Shown here: positions 1 to 9,190 of the stretch, one piece after another | Layout: each line of letters begins with the position of its first letter | Numbering within the stretch: position 1 is the stretch's first letter | Origin: an uncultured virus (IMG/VR IMGVR_UViG_3300028586_000786) | Lineage: Duplodnaviria; Heunggongvirae; Uroviricota; Caudoviricetes | DNA length: 20,000 nt | Virus record (IMG/VR): IMGVR_UViG_3300028586_000786 | Strand: one strand, 5' to 3' | The notes under the pieces: model-generated | What the model was told of the DNA's origin: nothing | The model's input: the letters and a program-made list of their open reading frames with translations, nothing else | Database searches by the model: none | Position numbers and translations under genes: made by a program

Positions 1-149
1 GATGACGGCAAATGCCGTATTGCCTCCGTACCCGTGAGGGCGCGAACCAGAGACGTGCAGAGCTTAACGCATGCTGCTTGATGTGTAGGTACTAACTAAA
101 TTTAAAAGTACGGACTACACCTAATCCTTCGACTCATCCAGAATCACCA

Positions 150-401
150 ATGACGACGTTGCCCTCTCTGCATCGTGCATATGCGGTCCCTTCGCATCAA
201 CGCATTTCCGATTTGTCGCCGGTCCAGAACCTGGCCGAAATATCCGCTAGTCATGTCCGACATGCCGAAGGGCTCCTCGACTCAAAGCTCGCTGAACGCG
301 CCCAAGAAGCGGCAGCGAACATGGAGGCGGCGGTCTATTCAAGTTTGGGGAAGGTGAGCAGGCCCCCCTCGCTTGGCAGCCTCCTTCGAGCAGTAGCCTA
401 G
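150..401 (+). CDS. hypothetical protein (83 aa)
   Basis: ORF with CTACAC box at 115-120, 29 nt upstream, matching the spacing at other genes in the window. Confidence 0.55.
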   Translation: MTTLPSLHRAYAVPSHQRISDLSPVQNLAEISASHVRHAEGLLDSKLAERAQEAAANMEAAVYSSLGKVSRPPSLGSLLRAVA

Positions 402-463
402 CGCTGCGCTGCCACGGATTCCCGGTTCCTAGACTACTCTTTCTCCTACGAGGACATCTCATC

Positions 464-673
464 ATGAAAAACGCAAACTCCCTGTTCCCGCACGCTACCG
501 AAGCCCGCTCCGCTCTCAACATGTTCAGCACCATGGCAACCCCGTTGCCGGCGCCGCGCATTTGGGACATGCTTCGCTCCCGTGCAGTCCGCGCCACCCC
601 AGCGCGCCTGGACTTTGCCGACGGCAGCGCCCTGGTGTTCGATAATCCCGCCGCACCCATCCTCGCCGCCTGA
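464..673 (+). CDS. hypothetical protein (69 aa)
   Basis: GAGGA RBS, CTAGAC box at 429-434, terminator-like hairpin downstream. Confidence 0.6.
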   Translation: MKNANSLFPHATEARSALNMFSTMATPLPAPRIWDMLRSRAVRATPARLDFADGSALVFDNPAAPILAA

Positions 674-713
674 CCAGTGACACCGCTCTTGCGGTGCGCT
701 AAATTCGTTCCCT

Positions 714-738
714 AAGCGCCGCCGCCCGCGGCGCTTTT
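714..738 (+). terminator. intrinsic terminator
   Basis: AAGCGCCGC...GCGGCGCTT hairpin followed by T-rich tract. Confidence 0.6.
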
Positions 739-786
739 CCTTTGGGCGCGAGCTATACCAACCAGGCAACCATGAAAGGAAAAGCC

Positions 787-1197
787 ATGACAGATACCGA
801 GGGCACTTCGCCTAACACCGCTACAACGTCGAACGCACCAACCTGGCCGGCGCCTGTAACCACGTTTGACGCCAGCACCGAAAAAGGGTTTGAAGTTCGC
901 TCGCAGTGCGGCCGAGTGTGGTTCGTTCCGCACGACGCAGTTATTGCCGACTACGCGGCGTACCTGGAGCAAGAGGACAAGCTCTCCAAAGAGGACGCCC
1001 TGGCCCAAGCGCGTCAGGACGAGGGCACCGCGCAGATGTGGTTCACCCAGCAGTTCAACTGGAGCGACATCGACCGCCACGGCCGACTTGTTCGCGAGGC
1101 GAGTGCGGAAGACCTCGAGCGCGCGCTGAAGTTCATGCGCACGTCAGGGCAATCGGCGCCCTCCGACGATTTCGAAGAACACAACATGCCTGCGTAA
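787..1197 (+). CDS. hypothetical acidic protein
   Basis: AAAGGA RBS before ATG 787; CTATAC at 753-758; terminator follows. Confidence 0.75.
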   Translation: MTDTEGTSPNTATTSNAPTWPAPVTTFDASTEKGFEVRSQCGRVWFVPHDAVIADYAAYLEQEDKLSKEDALAQARQDEGTAQMWFTQQFNWSDIDRHGRLVREASAEDLERALKFMRTSGQSAPSDDFEEHNMPA

Positions 1198-1211
1198 GCA
1201 CGTGATTCCCC

Positions 1212-1240
1212 ACGCCCTGATTCTTCAGGGCGTTTTTCTT
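1212..1240 (+). terminator. intrinsic terminator
   Basis: ACGCCCTGA-ttct-TCAGGGCGT hairpin plus T run. Confidence 0.8.
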
Positions 1241-1290
1241 TGGGAATCGCTATACAGAGCTTGAGACCAATTTACCTGTGAGGACTATTG

Positions 1291-1785
1291 ATGACAGAGC
1301 GTGAAGAGTTTGTCAGGCAGATGGAGGCGCTATTTGGCACCGAAGAAGCATTGGGCGTCTGGTTCCGGCTCGATAACGGAACGCGGTTGACGCTTGAAGA
1401 GTACAACGCTCAGGCGGCTGCCGGCGACATGCCAGCCGCTTCGTCGTATCTGAGGACCGGCGGCTCGGCAGTTTGCTGTACCGACTACGCCAGCCTCATC
1501 TACTGGGCGCTGCCTTCGCGCGTGCAGATTGTGGGCTTCGTCAACGAGGCCAATCCGACGTCGCGTATCGCTCGCGAGCGCATCCACCCTGGCGGGCACG
1601 ACTTTGCGCTCATTGATGGGCGATACATTGTCGACCCATGGCCGCGGTTTGTGCCCATGGTCTTTGACCAGATGGTGTTCGACCTGGAGCATGAGGCCGA
1701 CGCTGCGCTGGCGCTGGACATCTACGGGCCGCGCGCGTACTGGAAGCCCAATCCTGTTGCGGAAGAGTTCGCCAGTCAGCTATAG
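1291..1785 (+). CDS. hypothetical protein (CCTDYA and GGHDFA..DGRYIVDPW motifs; possible Cys-His-Asp papain/transglutaminase-like fold)
   Basis: GAGGA RBS, CTATAC 1250-1255; the C...H...D spacing is suggestive only. Confidence 0.75.
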   Translation: MTEREEFVRQMEALFGTEEALGVWFRLDNGTRLTLEEYNAQAAAGDMPAASSYLRTGGSAVCCTDYASLIYWALPSRVQIVGFVNEANPTSRIARERIHPGGHDFALIDGRYIVDPWPRFVPMVFDQMVFDLEHEADAALALDIYGPRAYWKPNPVAEEFASQL

Positions 1786-1810
1786 GCCATTTTCGCAAGA
1801 ATATCTTTTC

Positions 1811-1836
1811 AAGCCGCCCCTCCCGGGCGGCTTTTC
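1811..1836 (+). terminator. intrinsic terminator
   Basis: AAGCCGCCC...GGGCGGCTTTT. Confidence 0.75.
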
Positions 1837-1915
1837 TATGCGCCCAACAAGACCCACGAAATGAAAAGACCGCCCCGAGTCTTGTGACAGAGGGCGGCTT
1901 GGTTGAATCAGGCGG

Positions 1916-2350
1916 TCAGCGGGTGTACGCCAGGGGATGCGGTGGCTCGATGCCGTAATTGCGCTCGTAGTCTGCTTTCGCATCGGACGTTACGTCTTCG
2001 TCGGCCGAGAGGTGTTCGTTCCGGCCGCGGTAGTCGTTAATCCAGGAGTGGCGAGCGTCGTCCGACAACGAGTCCCAGCTTGGGAAGGGGACCTCGACTC
2101 CCAGCGCGACGCGCATCTTGCGCTCGGCCAACGGGTCGTCAGTTAATCGCAGCCGGATGGCAGTGAGCTGTTTGATGACGTCGTCGATGTCGCCGCGCGC
2201 ATTCGCCAAATTGAAGTCTGGGTTGCCGTCGTTGACCGCATCTATCCAGTTCGACGTCAGCGTGTTCATGGCCGCGCGGGTGGCGTAGCCGGAGAGGTCC
2301 TGTGCGATGTCCGTTGTGACGGTCTGGATATCGCGAATAGCGTCTTTCAT
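1916..2350 (-). CDS. hypothetical protein (starts MKDAIRDIQ)
   Basis: AAAGGA RBS before ATG 2350; CTACAC on minus strand at 2389-2394. Confidence 0.7.
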   Translation of the reverse strand: MKDAIRDIQTVTTDIAQDLSGYATRAAMNTLTSNWIDAVNDGNPDFNLANARGDIDDVIKQLTAIRLRLTDDPLAERKMRVALGVEVPFPSWDSLSDDARHSWINDYRGRNEHLSADEDVTSDAKADYERNYGIEPPHPLAYTR

Positions 2351-2478
2351 GAGTGTCCTTTGAGAAGGGGTGCCAGGGGATACCTGCAGTGTAGCGAAGG
2401 GTAGTGTCCGTACCTCCTGCCGCCCGGCCCTGAACAGCGATTCGCTATACTGAAAAGGACAATTACTTCGAAGGCTAT

Positions 2479-2730
2479 ATGACCATCGCACAAATCAAGG
2501 CCGCCATGCTGGCGCGCATCTACGAACTGCCACTCCCGTTCTCAGTAACGAAAATCCTGGAGAATCAGGAGTACGGTTTCACGGCACTTCAGACGGGCGA
2601 GCTGGTTCGCAATCCAAACGCCCAGTATGGTCCAACGGACTACCGCGAGATTTTCCGTCTCGAGGACCTGGAGCTTTGGGAGCTCGCGATTCTGCTTGAG
2701 GCTCAGGAAGCCGCTGTCGCACTTTCGTAA
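2479..2730 (+). CDS. hypothetical protein (83 aa)
   Basis: GAAGG RBS; CTATAC 2445-2450. Confidence 0.7.
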   Translation: MTIAQIKAAMLARIYELPLPFSVTKILENQEYGFTALQTGELVRNPNAQYGPTDYREIFRLEDLELWELAILLEAQEAAVALS

Positions 2731-2858
2731 AGACATGTTCTTCTTCAAAGCCAGCATTTGCTGGCTTTTTCTTTTACGTGTGCCACAGGCAAGCGCTCCG
2801 AACGGATAAGTACGAGCGTCTATACATCCCGACCCTTAATTCGCTCGGGACCTTATCC

Positions 2859-3749
2859 ATGGATGCACCTCGCAACTCTTCGCCCGGCCCTCAGGCCGAC
2901 AAAACCGGCGCGCGTCGGTTCAACGACCACATGGTGCTCGACACCCAGGGCATCGCAATGCTCGACACCTGGTTCCAGCAGACCTACGACGTCGACACCC
3001 AGCCGGCTACCCAGGTGGTGCAGTTGAAAGGCATCGACCTGTGCGTAAAACTACGCAATCGCCGCGGCATGCGCTTCGTCGGCGTTGACCTGAAGGCGGA
3101 CAATAACGTCAGCGGAAATATCAGCCTCGAGCTTATCTCGCAGGACCGCCCGAACTCGCGCCACTCCGAGCCAGTCGTGGGCTGGACGGGAAAGCAGATG
3201 CCACTGGTTGCCCAGCTCTTCGTTCGGACCGGCGAGATGGTGGTCATTGATATGACCATGTTCTATCCCTGGCTGTTCGCGCAGCTCAAAGACATTGTTG
3301 AAGGGCGCGCGCAAGGGTTCGCGATGACCGGGGCCTGGCTGAGCGCTACGCCGAACCCGACGTACCAGAGCCATAACATCATCGTGTCTATTGCGACCTT
3401 GCTCGACGAAGCGCCTGGCTGTATGTATCTGCGCGCCGGCGACGTCCTGTCCGCGGACCAGTTTGCCTCGCTGCGCCCAGCAGCGGGCTTTGAGCCGTTG
3501 CTGCTTCCGAAGCGGCCTTACGATGCAAAGACTGCCGCTGAGGCCCTGGAGGAGCGATTGGCGGCCCTCGGAGGGTATGACGTGAAGCCGCAGCTGACCG
3601 CAGAAGAAAAAGAGCGCCTGCTGCGATTCCTTGAGCCGCGGGTCAAGTACAGCCGGAAGAACGAAGAAATTCGTAAAAAAGGCCTGGCCCTCCAAGCGAG
3701 CCGGCCGCGTTTGACGCTGCCTGAAGACGCTGCGCCTACTTCGGCGTGA
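2859..3749 (+). CDS. putative PD-(D/E)xK restriction-endonuclease-like protein
   Basis: GID...VDLKAD...SGNISLE...GW pattern typical of mobile-element PD-(D/E)xK nucleases; CTATAC 2820-2825 supports the ATG 2859 start. Confidence 0.6.
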   Translation: MDAPRNSSPGPQADKTGARRFNDHMVLDTQGIAMLDTWFQQTYDVDTQPATQVVQLKGIDLCVKLRNRRGMRFVGVDLKADNNVSGNISLELISQDRPNSRHSEPVVGWTGKQMPLVAQLFVRTGEMVVIDMTMFYPWLFAQLKDIVEGRAQGFAMTGAWLSATPNPTYQSHNIIVSIATLLDEAPGCMYLRAGDVLSADQFASLRPAAGFEPLLLPKRPYDAKTAAEALEERLAALGGYDVKPQLTAEEKERLLRFLEPRVKYSRKNEEIRKKGLALQASRPRLTLPEDAAPTSA

Positions 3750-3763
3750 ACCGAGAGTCGTCA

Positions 3764-4072
3764 ATGAGCACTTTCGTATATGAGCCGCTCGGTCGACTCG
3801 CTAAGGCCGTTGCCAAAACCGGTGTCCTGCCGGTCCGCGCAGTTGCAGCCGTGGCCGCATTGCTCTTACCGCTAGGCGTTCACGCACCAGCGGACGCTGC
3901 CGGCGCCGCGCGATTTGAGGTGAGCTTCGTCATTCGGGCCGAGTGTACTGTCAAAGCTACTGAAGCAAGGGTTCCCACTGTCGAGTGCAATGGCACAAGT
4001 CCCTATCGGATTTCGCCTACGATGACCCCAGGCGCAGGGTTCCGAAGCGCTGGCTGGACCATCACATTTTAA
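3764..4072 (+). CDS. small secreted beta-rich protein
   Basis: hydrophobic signal-like segment (AVAAVAALLLPLGVHAPADA), then FEVSFVIRAECTV and a second Cys; terminal Phe. Confidence 0.55.
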   Translation: MSTFVYEPLGRLAKAVAKTGVLPVRAVAAVAALLLPLGVHAPADAAGAARFEVSFVIRAECTVKATEARVPTVECNGTSPYRISPTMTPGAGFRSAGWTITF

Positions 4073-4078
4073 GTCCAC

Positions 4079-4666
4079 TTATCGAAGTGCGGTGCTTGGC
4101 ACTTGCGACGCGAGCGACTGCACAATCGTCCGGGTGTTCGCGCTCGCCAGCGCCAGCGCCTCCGGCGTGCCTGTCAATGGCGTCCATCGCCCGTTGTCCA
4201 GCACCTCGACCGTGAGAGAGCCTAGCGTCTCCAGGTCGAGGGGAACCTGGTCCAAACAGCCCCACCATTGATTTGGCTGCGCCCCTACTGACAGCCCCGC
4301 CATTACCATCTGATGCACGTCCTTTGAGTCGATACCTGCAACCAAGGGTAGTCGCGACCAGGGCAGCAGCTTGATGTCTGCTGGACTGAGCGAGTCTAGG
4401 CGCTTTGTGTTCAAGCAGAAGCGATAGCACCCCACGATTTCGTGAAGTTTTTCCAGCGGCGGCCGGCCGTAGGTCTTCCCGCGGTCCAGGCTGATGAGCT
4501 TCGTGGCCGTAGGTTCCCAATGCGGGTTGGTGGACCACCACAGAATGGGTTTTTCTCGGGCATTGACGGCTTTGCCGAAACCGAAAGGCTTCAGGTATCC
4601 GCTATCCGAAATCAGGCCAATCTTTGGGCCGACGGTATAGTGGTACAAGAGGTCTGGAATCTTCAT
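4079..4666 (-). CDS. hypothetical protein, possible ADP-ribosyltransferase-like fold
   Basis: N-terminal LYHYT...I..SG.LKP and W-W-S-T strand, as in ART-fold proteins; function not confirmed. Confidence 0.6.
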   Translation of the reverse strand: MKIPDLLYHYTVGPKIGLISDSGYLKPFGFGKAVNAREKPILWWSTNPHWEPTATKLISLDRGKTYGRPPLEKLHEIVGCYRFCLNTKRLDSLSPADIKLLPWSRLPLVAGIDSKDVHQMVMAGLSVGAQPNQWWGCLDQVPLDLETLGSLTVEVLDNGRWTPLTGTPEALALASANTRTIVQSLASQVPSTALR

Positions 4667-4790
4667 GCGGAGCCTGTAAAACCTAAGGAGGCTAACACTT
4701 TGCCATAGACTTGGCCTAAAGGGAAGGCCAGGGTTAGGGCCCACAAGCAATTACCTACACAGAAGAGGTCAAATTCTAAAAGGAGCATCC

Positions 4791-5684
4791 ATGTCATCCG
4801 TTACCCCTGAAAATCGTCCCGAAGTTCGTATTCATGACGCAACCGTTAACATCTGGTGCGAAGACCCGTTTTCCGAGCAAGTCAAGAGCATCTTCAAGGC
4901 CGTGAAGGCCTTGCTCAATCGTCGCGGCTTCTCCCTCGGCCCGGACCCTGTTGTCCATCATCGAATCCTCGTGAAGACGCATCGTGCTGGCAAGGCGGGG
5001 GACCTCGAGGTGGCAGCGAGTTTGTCTGGTCGGCACATCGAAGTCCAGTTCTTCCAGAACGTCCACCAGGTGCAAAATCCGAATGGCGGCAGGTACGACT
5101 TCGATAAGCTCGCGCGCATGCCTTTCCTTTTGCGTAAGCGCGCGCAGCTGGAAATGAACAAGGTACGGGAGCTGTTGGTCAGCAAGTTTGGCGCCTCGGT
5201 GACGAAAGGTGACGTTCCGTTGCCTCACCCAAACCGGTCGACGGCTGTCGAGTTCATCGAGGCTCGCAACCGTGGCAGTGGGCACTTCAAGGCTGAGTTG
5301 GGCCATGCAGACTGGTACGCTGACTACAACCGTCAAACCGGCGACCGCCAGCTGCTTACGCATGGCACGCCCGTGTACTTCCGCGACCGTAAAGGCCGCT
5401 GGGCTTGCGGCGTTGCGTACTACAACCTGAACAACATGTGGTGGGTTGCAGTCGGTAAGTATGAGGTACGCAATCTGTGCTCGACGGACCTTTTCGTCAG
5501 GCCGCCTCTCAATGTTCGCCTGAAGGCCAATCTGGCGCTGAGCATCAAAAGGGTTGCGACTCTCATCAAAGAAGCAGTAGCGGCGGAGGATTTCCTGCGC
5601 GCCCAGCAGCTCAAACTCGTGCGTGACCGTCTGCAAGCTCAAGAGGCCGCGGCGGTGGCGGCGCCTGAGCTGGCCGAGGCATAG
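4791..5684 (+). CDS. phage/plasmid-type hypothetical protein with C-terminal UVR-like helical hairpin
   Basis: AAGGAG RBS; CTACAC 4755-4760; IKEAVAAEDFLRAQQLK resembles the UvrB/C motif. Confidence 0.8.
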   Translation: MSSVTPENRPEVRIHDATVNIWCEDPFSEQVKSIFKAVKALLNRRGFSLGPDPVVHHRILVKTHRAGKAGDLEVAASLSGRHIEVQFFQNVHQVQNPNGGRYDFDKLARMPFLLRKRAQLEMNKVRELLVSKFGASVTKGDVPLPHPNRSTAVEFIEARNRGSGHFKAELGHADWYADYNRQTGDRQLLTHGTPVYFRDRKGRWACGVAYYNLNNMWWVAVGKYEVRNLCSTDLFVRPPLNVRLKANLALSIKRVATLIKEAVAAEDFLRAQQLKLVRDRLQAQEAAAVAAPELAEA

Positions 5685-5695
5685 CCGTTTTCAAC

Positions 5696-5724
5696 AAGCC
5701 TGGGACTTCGTTCCCAGGCTTTTC
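5696..5724. terminator. terminator between convergent genes
   Basis: AAGCCTGGGA-cttcgt-TCCCAGGCTTTT. Confidence 0.8.
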
Positions 5725-5731
5725 TTCGTGC

Positions 5732-6256
5732 TCACCAAGTTCTGAACTGAGTCATTACTTCGGTCTCGCGCGCGGCTTCCGCTTCCAGGGCCGCAATCGC
5801 TTCTTCCCAAGTGCAGGCAACAAACTCTTTATGGGTCTGTCGCCCCTCTTTTAACCGCAATGCACGGCGCACGGCCACCTCGACGGCAAAGCGGTCCGCA
5901 ACCTGCCTGCACGCAACTGGAACGAAATACCCAACGACGCCGGCCGAGTCGAGCGATTTGATGCGCTCGGCTACCGCTCCGCGCGTCTGGCCAATCTTGT
6001 ACAGATTCGCGTGCACTGGGTTGGTAACGACATATACCGTGCCTTCGGTCCTGGAGAAGTGCTCCTTCAAACACATCCAGGCAAAGTCTTGCCAGTCGTC
6101 GGCGAGGGGGTGGTCGTCAAACGTGGAGATGAGGTTGGTGTGGCCCCGGCGGGCCAGCTCGCACAGGTAGGTGCCGAGTCGAACAGCCTGCCCGTTTTGA
6201 AAAAGGTTCCAAAGCGCTTTACGGGAGGTCGGGTGCAATACGGGAAGAGGGGGCAT
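5732..6256 (-). CDS. GIY-YIG family (T5orf172/MUG113-like) protein
   Basis: GTVYVV...LYKIGQT...ER...L...E..V...KEF motif series. Confidence 0.8.
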   Translation of the reverse strand: MPPLPVLHPTSRKALWNLFQNGQAVRLGTYLCELARRGHTNLISTFDDHPLADDWQDFAWMCLKEHFSRTEGTVYVVTNPVHANLYKIGQTRGAVAERIKSLDSAGVVGYFVPVACRQVADRFAVEVAVRRALRLKEGRQTHKEFVACTWEEAIAALEAEAARETEVMTQFRTW

Positions 6257-6406
6257 CGACCGTATAGCAGGTGGGGTTTATGCTCACGAGGCATGTTTGC
6301 TGGCGCGCAACACATTTCAGGCATCCTCTAGCTTTAGCGTGATTGCGCTTGGGCAATTAAAGGAATTCAGTTACGCTGTTCTTTACCTTGATTGAAGAGA
6401 GCGTTC

Positions 6407-6748
6407 ATGTCAAAAGCTGAAAGGCTAGCTGCCCTCAAAGCTGATATCGCACAGAGCCGCACTGCAGGGGAACTCGGCCATCCTGAGATATGCAGTGTTA
6501 TCGCGAATATTCGTAAAACAATGGCAGCTCACGGATTGACGCCGGCGCACCTCGGCTTCGACCTGACGCCGCAGCCTCGAAGGCAGCCTGTGCCCTCGCG
6601 CCGAGTAGGTGCGGGAGTGGTGCGATTTCAAGACCCAGCGTCGGGTAAAACATGGACTGGGTTTGGGAAGCCACCGGCATGGATTGCCGGCGCCGATAAT
6701 CGGGAAATGTTTCGCATCAAGGACGGCACAGCCGGAGTTAGGGCTTGA
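6407..6748 (+). CDS. H-NS family nucleoid-associated protein (betaproteobacterial type)
   Basis: C-terminal FQDPASGKTWTGFGKPPAWI matches the H-NS DNA-binding motif; I...MAAHGLTPAHL N-terminal segment. Confidence 0.85.
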   Translation: MSKAERLAALKADIAQSRTAGELGHPEICSVIANIRKTMAAHGLTPAHLGFDLTPQPRRQPVPSRRVGAGVVRFQDPASGKTWTGFGKPPAWIAGADNREMFRIKDGTAGVRA

Positions 6749-6826
6749 GCTTAGGGATACTGGGTTCGCTACACCGTATAGGCCCGGTGTCTCAGCCGAA
6801 TTTCCCCACTCTTTCAGGAACTACCA

Positions 6827-7054
6827 ATGAGCCTTGCTCTCGCCCGACAAATTCCTTCTGGCGCCGAAGTTACCGTGACCCTTACCAGCGGTAAATCCTT
6901 CAGCGGCCGCGAAGCTTCGTCACCCGCTCAGCGCGACGACGAGCTGTTACAGCTCGAGAAATACCTGACCATCTCCGGCGCCAATGGCGACAAGCAGCTG
7001 TTCATCGCCAACTACAAGGATATCGCCAGCATCGAGATGAAAGCAATCCGCTAA
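6827..7054 (+). CDS. small hypothetical protein, possible Sm/Hfq-like beta-barrel
   Basis: CAGGA RBS; VTVTLTSGKSFSG...LFIANYKDIASIE resembles Sm1/Sm2 motifs. Confidence 0.7.
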   Translation: MSLALARQIPSGAEVTVTLTSGKSFSGREASSPAQRDDELLQLEKYLTISGANGDKQLFIANYKDIASIEMKAIR

Positions 7055-7072
7055 ATCGACGCGCCTTCAATC

Positions 7073-7111
7073 AAAAGCCACCGGAGACTGACGTCTTGCG
7101 GTGGCTTTTTT
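7073..7111. terminator. bidirectional terminator
   Basis: AAAAGCCACCG...CGGTGGCTTTTT between convergent genes. Confidence 0.75.
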
Positions 7112-7128
7112 ATGTGAAAACGGCTGTC

Positions 7129-8121
7129 TTAGCTTCCGGTCCACCAGCGGTACCCTGCAGGGATGCATGTTTTTCCAGACTGAGCGAAGAACGCAGTGAT
7201 GGTAGTTGCCGAGTCAAAAGTACGGAACCCGACAACAGGCCGAACGGCTCCAGCGGAGGCCCATTTCACCGTTGTGACGACGGTGCAGGAGGTGACGTCA
7301 TAAATCGTCATTGTGCGGGCGCCGATGTCGGCTGCGAAGCCATATCGTGCTGTCGAGGAGCTTTGAAGAGTTGCCCGCCCGGAAGGCGTAACGCCCGCGC
7401 TTCCGCTTCCGAAGACATTGCGGTCCCGGTACATCAGGTCCACGTAGTAGCCTCCGCCGCCAGGTAGATAGGTGCTCAGGGCCCCTTTTCCTGTCGACTG
7501 CATTTCCCAGTACCATGTTCCGCTGGTCTTGCTGTTAGCAAAGGGAACGTCCGCAGTCTTGCCGCCAGGCGTTGAAACCGTCGTTGCGTTATTGCTGTAC
7601 GTCACCGAGGGAATCCCCAACTGGAACGTTCCTGGCGTGGTGGCCGTGGCACCTGCAAAGGTAGCGGTCAGAGGGGAGGCCCCTCCGCCCAGCGCGATTG
7701 ACAAGCTAGCGTTCGAAGAAGACTCCGCCTGGTTGTTACGGTACGAAACGGTGAACGTGCAGCTCGCATTGGGCAGCAAGTTAGCGGCGCATGACTCGTT
7801 GGCGGTAGTGAAGGGGGTGCTTATTGAGCCGAACGAGAGGGTGGCCGGTGACGTTCCCGTGTTCGATAGCGTGAAAGCCTTCGTCACCGACTGGCCCGCA
7901 GCGACCGTACCAAAATCCCACACATTTGGAGACAAGCTTACTTGTGGGGGCACCGGGGCCGGAGCGGGCGCAGGCTTTTCCGGCGCGACAGGAGCGGGGC
8001 CGCTGGCGCTTGCCGCTTTAATGCCTTGTGCATGCACGCGCATCTCGTACGGGGTGCTGGCCTGAGCCGTCATTACTGAGGTCAGCAGTAGGGCTGACAG
8101 AATCGTATTGCATTTTTTCAT
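7129..8121 (-). CDS. secreted protein with Pro/Ala linker, Ig-like (ASH/choice-of-anchor-D-like) domain and SPRY-like C-terminal domain
   Basis: signal peptide MKKCNTILSALLLTSVMTAQA; WDFGTV...FTLSNTG...C...L.PNASCTFTV; SGTWYWEMQ. Confidence 0.75.
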   Translation of the reverse strand: MKKCNTILSALLLTSVMTAQASTPYEMRVHAQGIKAASASGPAPVAPEKPAPAPAPVPPQVSLSPNVWDFGTVAAGQSVTKAFTLSNTGTSPATLSFGSISTPFTTANESCAANLLPNASCTFTVSYRNNQAESSSNASLSIALGGGASPLTATFAGATATTPGTFQLGIPSVTYSNNATTVSTPGGKTADVPFANSKTSGTWYWEMQSTGKGALSTYLPGGGGYYVDLMYRDRNVFGSGSAGVTPSGRATLQSSSTARYGFAADIGARTMTIYDVTSCTVVTTVKWASAGAVRPVVGFRTFDSATTITAFFAQSGKTCIPAGYRWWTGS

Positions 8122-8229
8122 TAAATTGTCCGGCGAAGGTGAATCGGTATCTGGGTATAGCGACATACGCGGAGGCGTCGGTCACGAGAAGTGCGCACCC
8201 ACCGACGCCAAAGACGCCGGACTATACGC

Positions 8230-9126
8230 CTATGCCCCGTAGCGAGTCATTTCTTCCACGAAGGCTGCGGCGCAGCGCGAAGTCACCTCGACGTTGTACC
8301 CGCCCTCCAGGCACGCGACCACTCGATGGTTTACGCTCAGGATTTGCTGCGCCACCCAGGCGTAATCTTCATCGCCCAAGCCAATAGTGCCTAGCGGGTC
8401 TTCTCGATGGGCGTCGAAACCGGCTGACACCAGGATAAGCTCCGGCTCGAAGTTCTTCACTTCAGCGAGCATGGTGGTCCAGGCCGCTCGAAACTCCCTT
8501 GCGGAACTGCAGCGGGCCCGCAGGATGTTGTCTGGGCAGAACTCGCCAAGGGCCAGATAGGGGTAGCCCATCTGGTACGTTTCCGCGAACAGCACATGGC
8601 CATTGCCCATGAAGGACAGGACGGTGCCGTCCCCCGAATGGGTGTCGATGTCCAGCACTGCAATACGGCTCACTCCCCGTGACAACGCATGGCGTGCTGC
8701 GATGGCGACCTGATTGGTGAAACAGAAGCCGCCGGCCGACTCACTGTGAGCGTGGTGCCCTGCATAAGTCACGCAAAACGCGTTCGACGCTTCCTCGTCC
8801 AACACCGAGTCGACCGCCTGGCAGGCGGCGCCGGCAGAGAGACCAATCATCCGCCAGGTGTGCCGGTTCAGGACCGTCTCGTTGTCGATATAGTGGTGCT
8901 TTCCCTCTTCGCGAGGCGTGTAAGCGTGCAGCTGGCCGACGAACGCACTGGTGTGGTTCCGCTCGAGCTCTTCCTTGGTTGCAAGTCTGGCGTCGCAAAG
9001 GCGAATACCGGGCACCGTTGCCACACGCGCGTAGATGCGCTCGAGACGGTCCGAGGCCATAGCTTTGTGGTTGGCGGCCGCGTCATGCAGGAAAATGTCG
9101 GGGTGCGAATAGACGTGAGTGGTCAT
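8230..9126 (-). CDS. histone deacetylase family (Zn-dependent amidohydrolase/deacetylase)
   Basis: GHHA, GGFCFTN, LDIDTHSGDGT, SAGFDAH and LEGGY motifs all present. Confidence 0.93.
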   Translation of the reverse strand: MTTHVYSHPDIFLHDAAANHKAMASDRLERIYARVATVPGIRLCDARLATKEELERNHTSAFVGQLHAYTPREEGKHHYIDNETVLNRHTWRMIGLSAGAACQAVDSVLDEEASNAFCVTYAGHHAHSESAGGFCFTNQVAIAARHALSRGVSRIAVLDIDTHSGDGTVLSFMGNGHVLFAETYQMGYPYLALGEFCPDNILRARCSSAREFRAAWTTMLAEVKNFEPELILVSAGFDAHREDPLGTIGLGDEDYAWVAQQILSVNHRVVACLEGGYNVEVTSRCAAAFVEEMTRYGA

Positions 9127-9190
9127 CTAAGTCCAGAGTGAGGGGAAGAATCAATGTAGCCATCGGATTTATTGCCGTGGTGCCACAGCG

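Noticed and set aside
2778..3749. Complete restriction-modification system
   Set aside because: No methyltransferase motifs in neighbouring genes.
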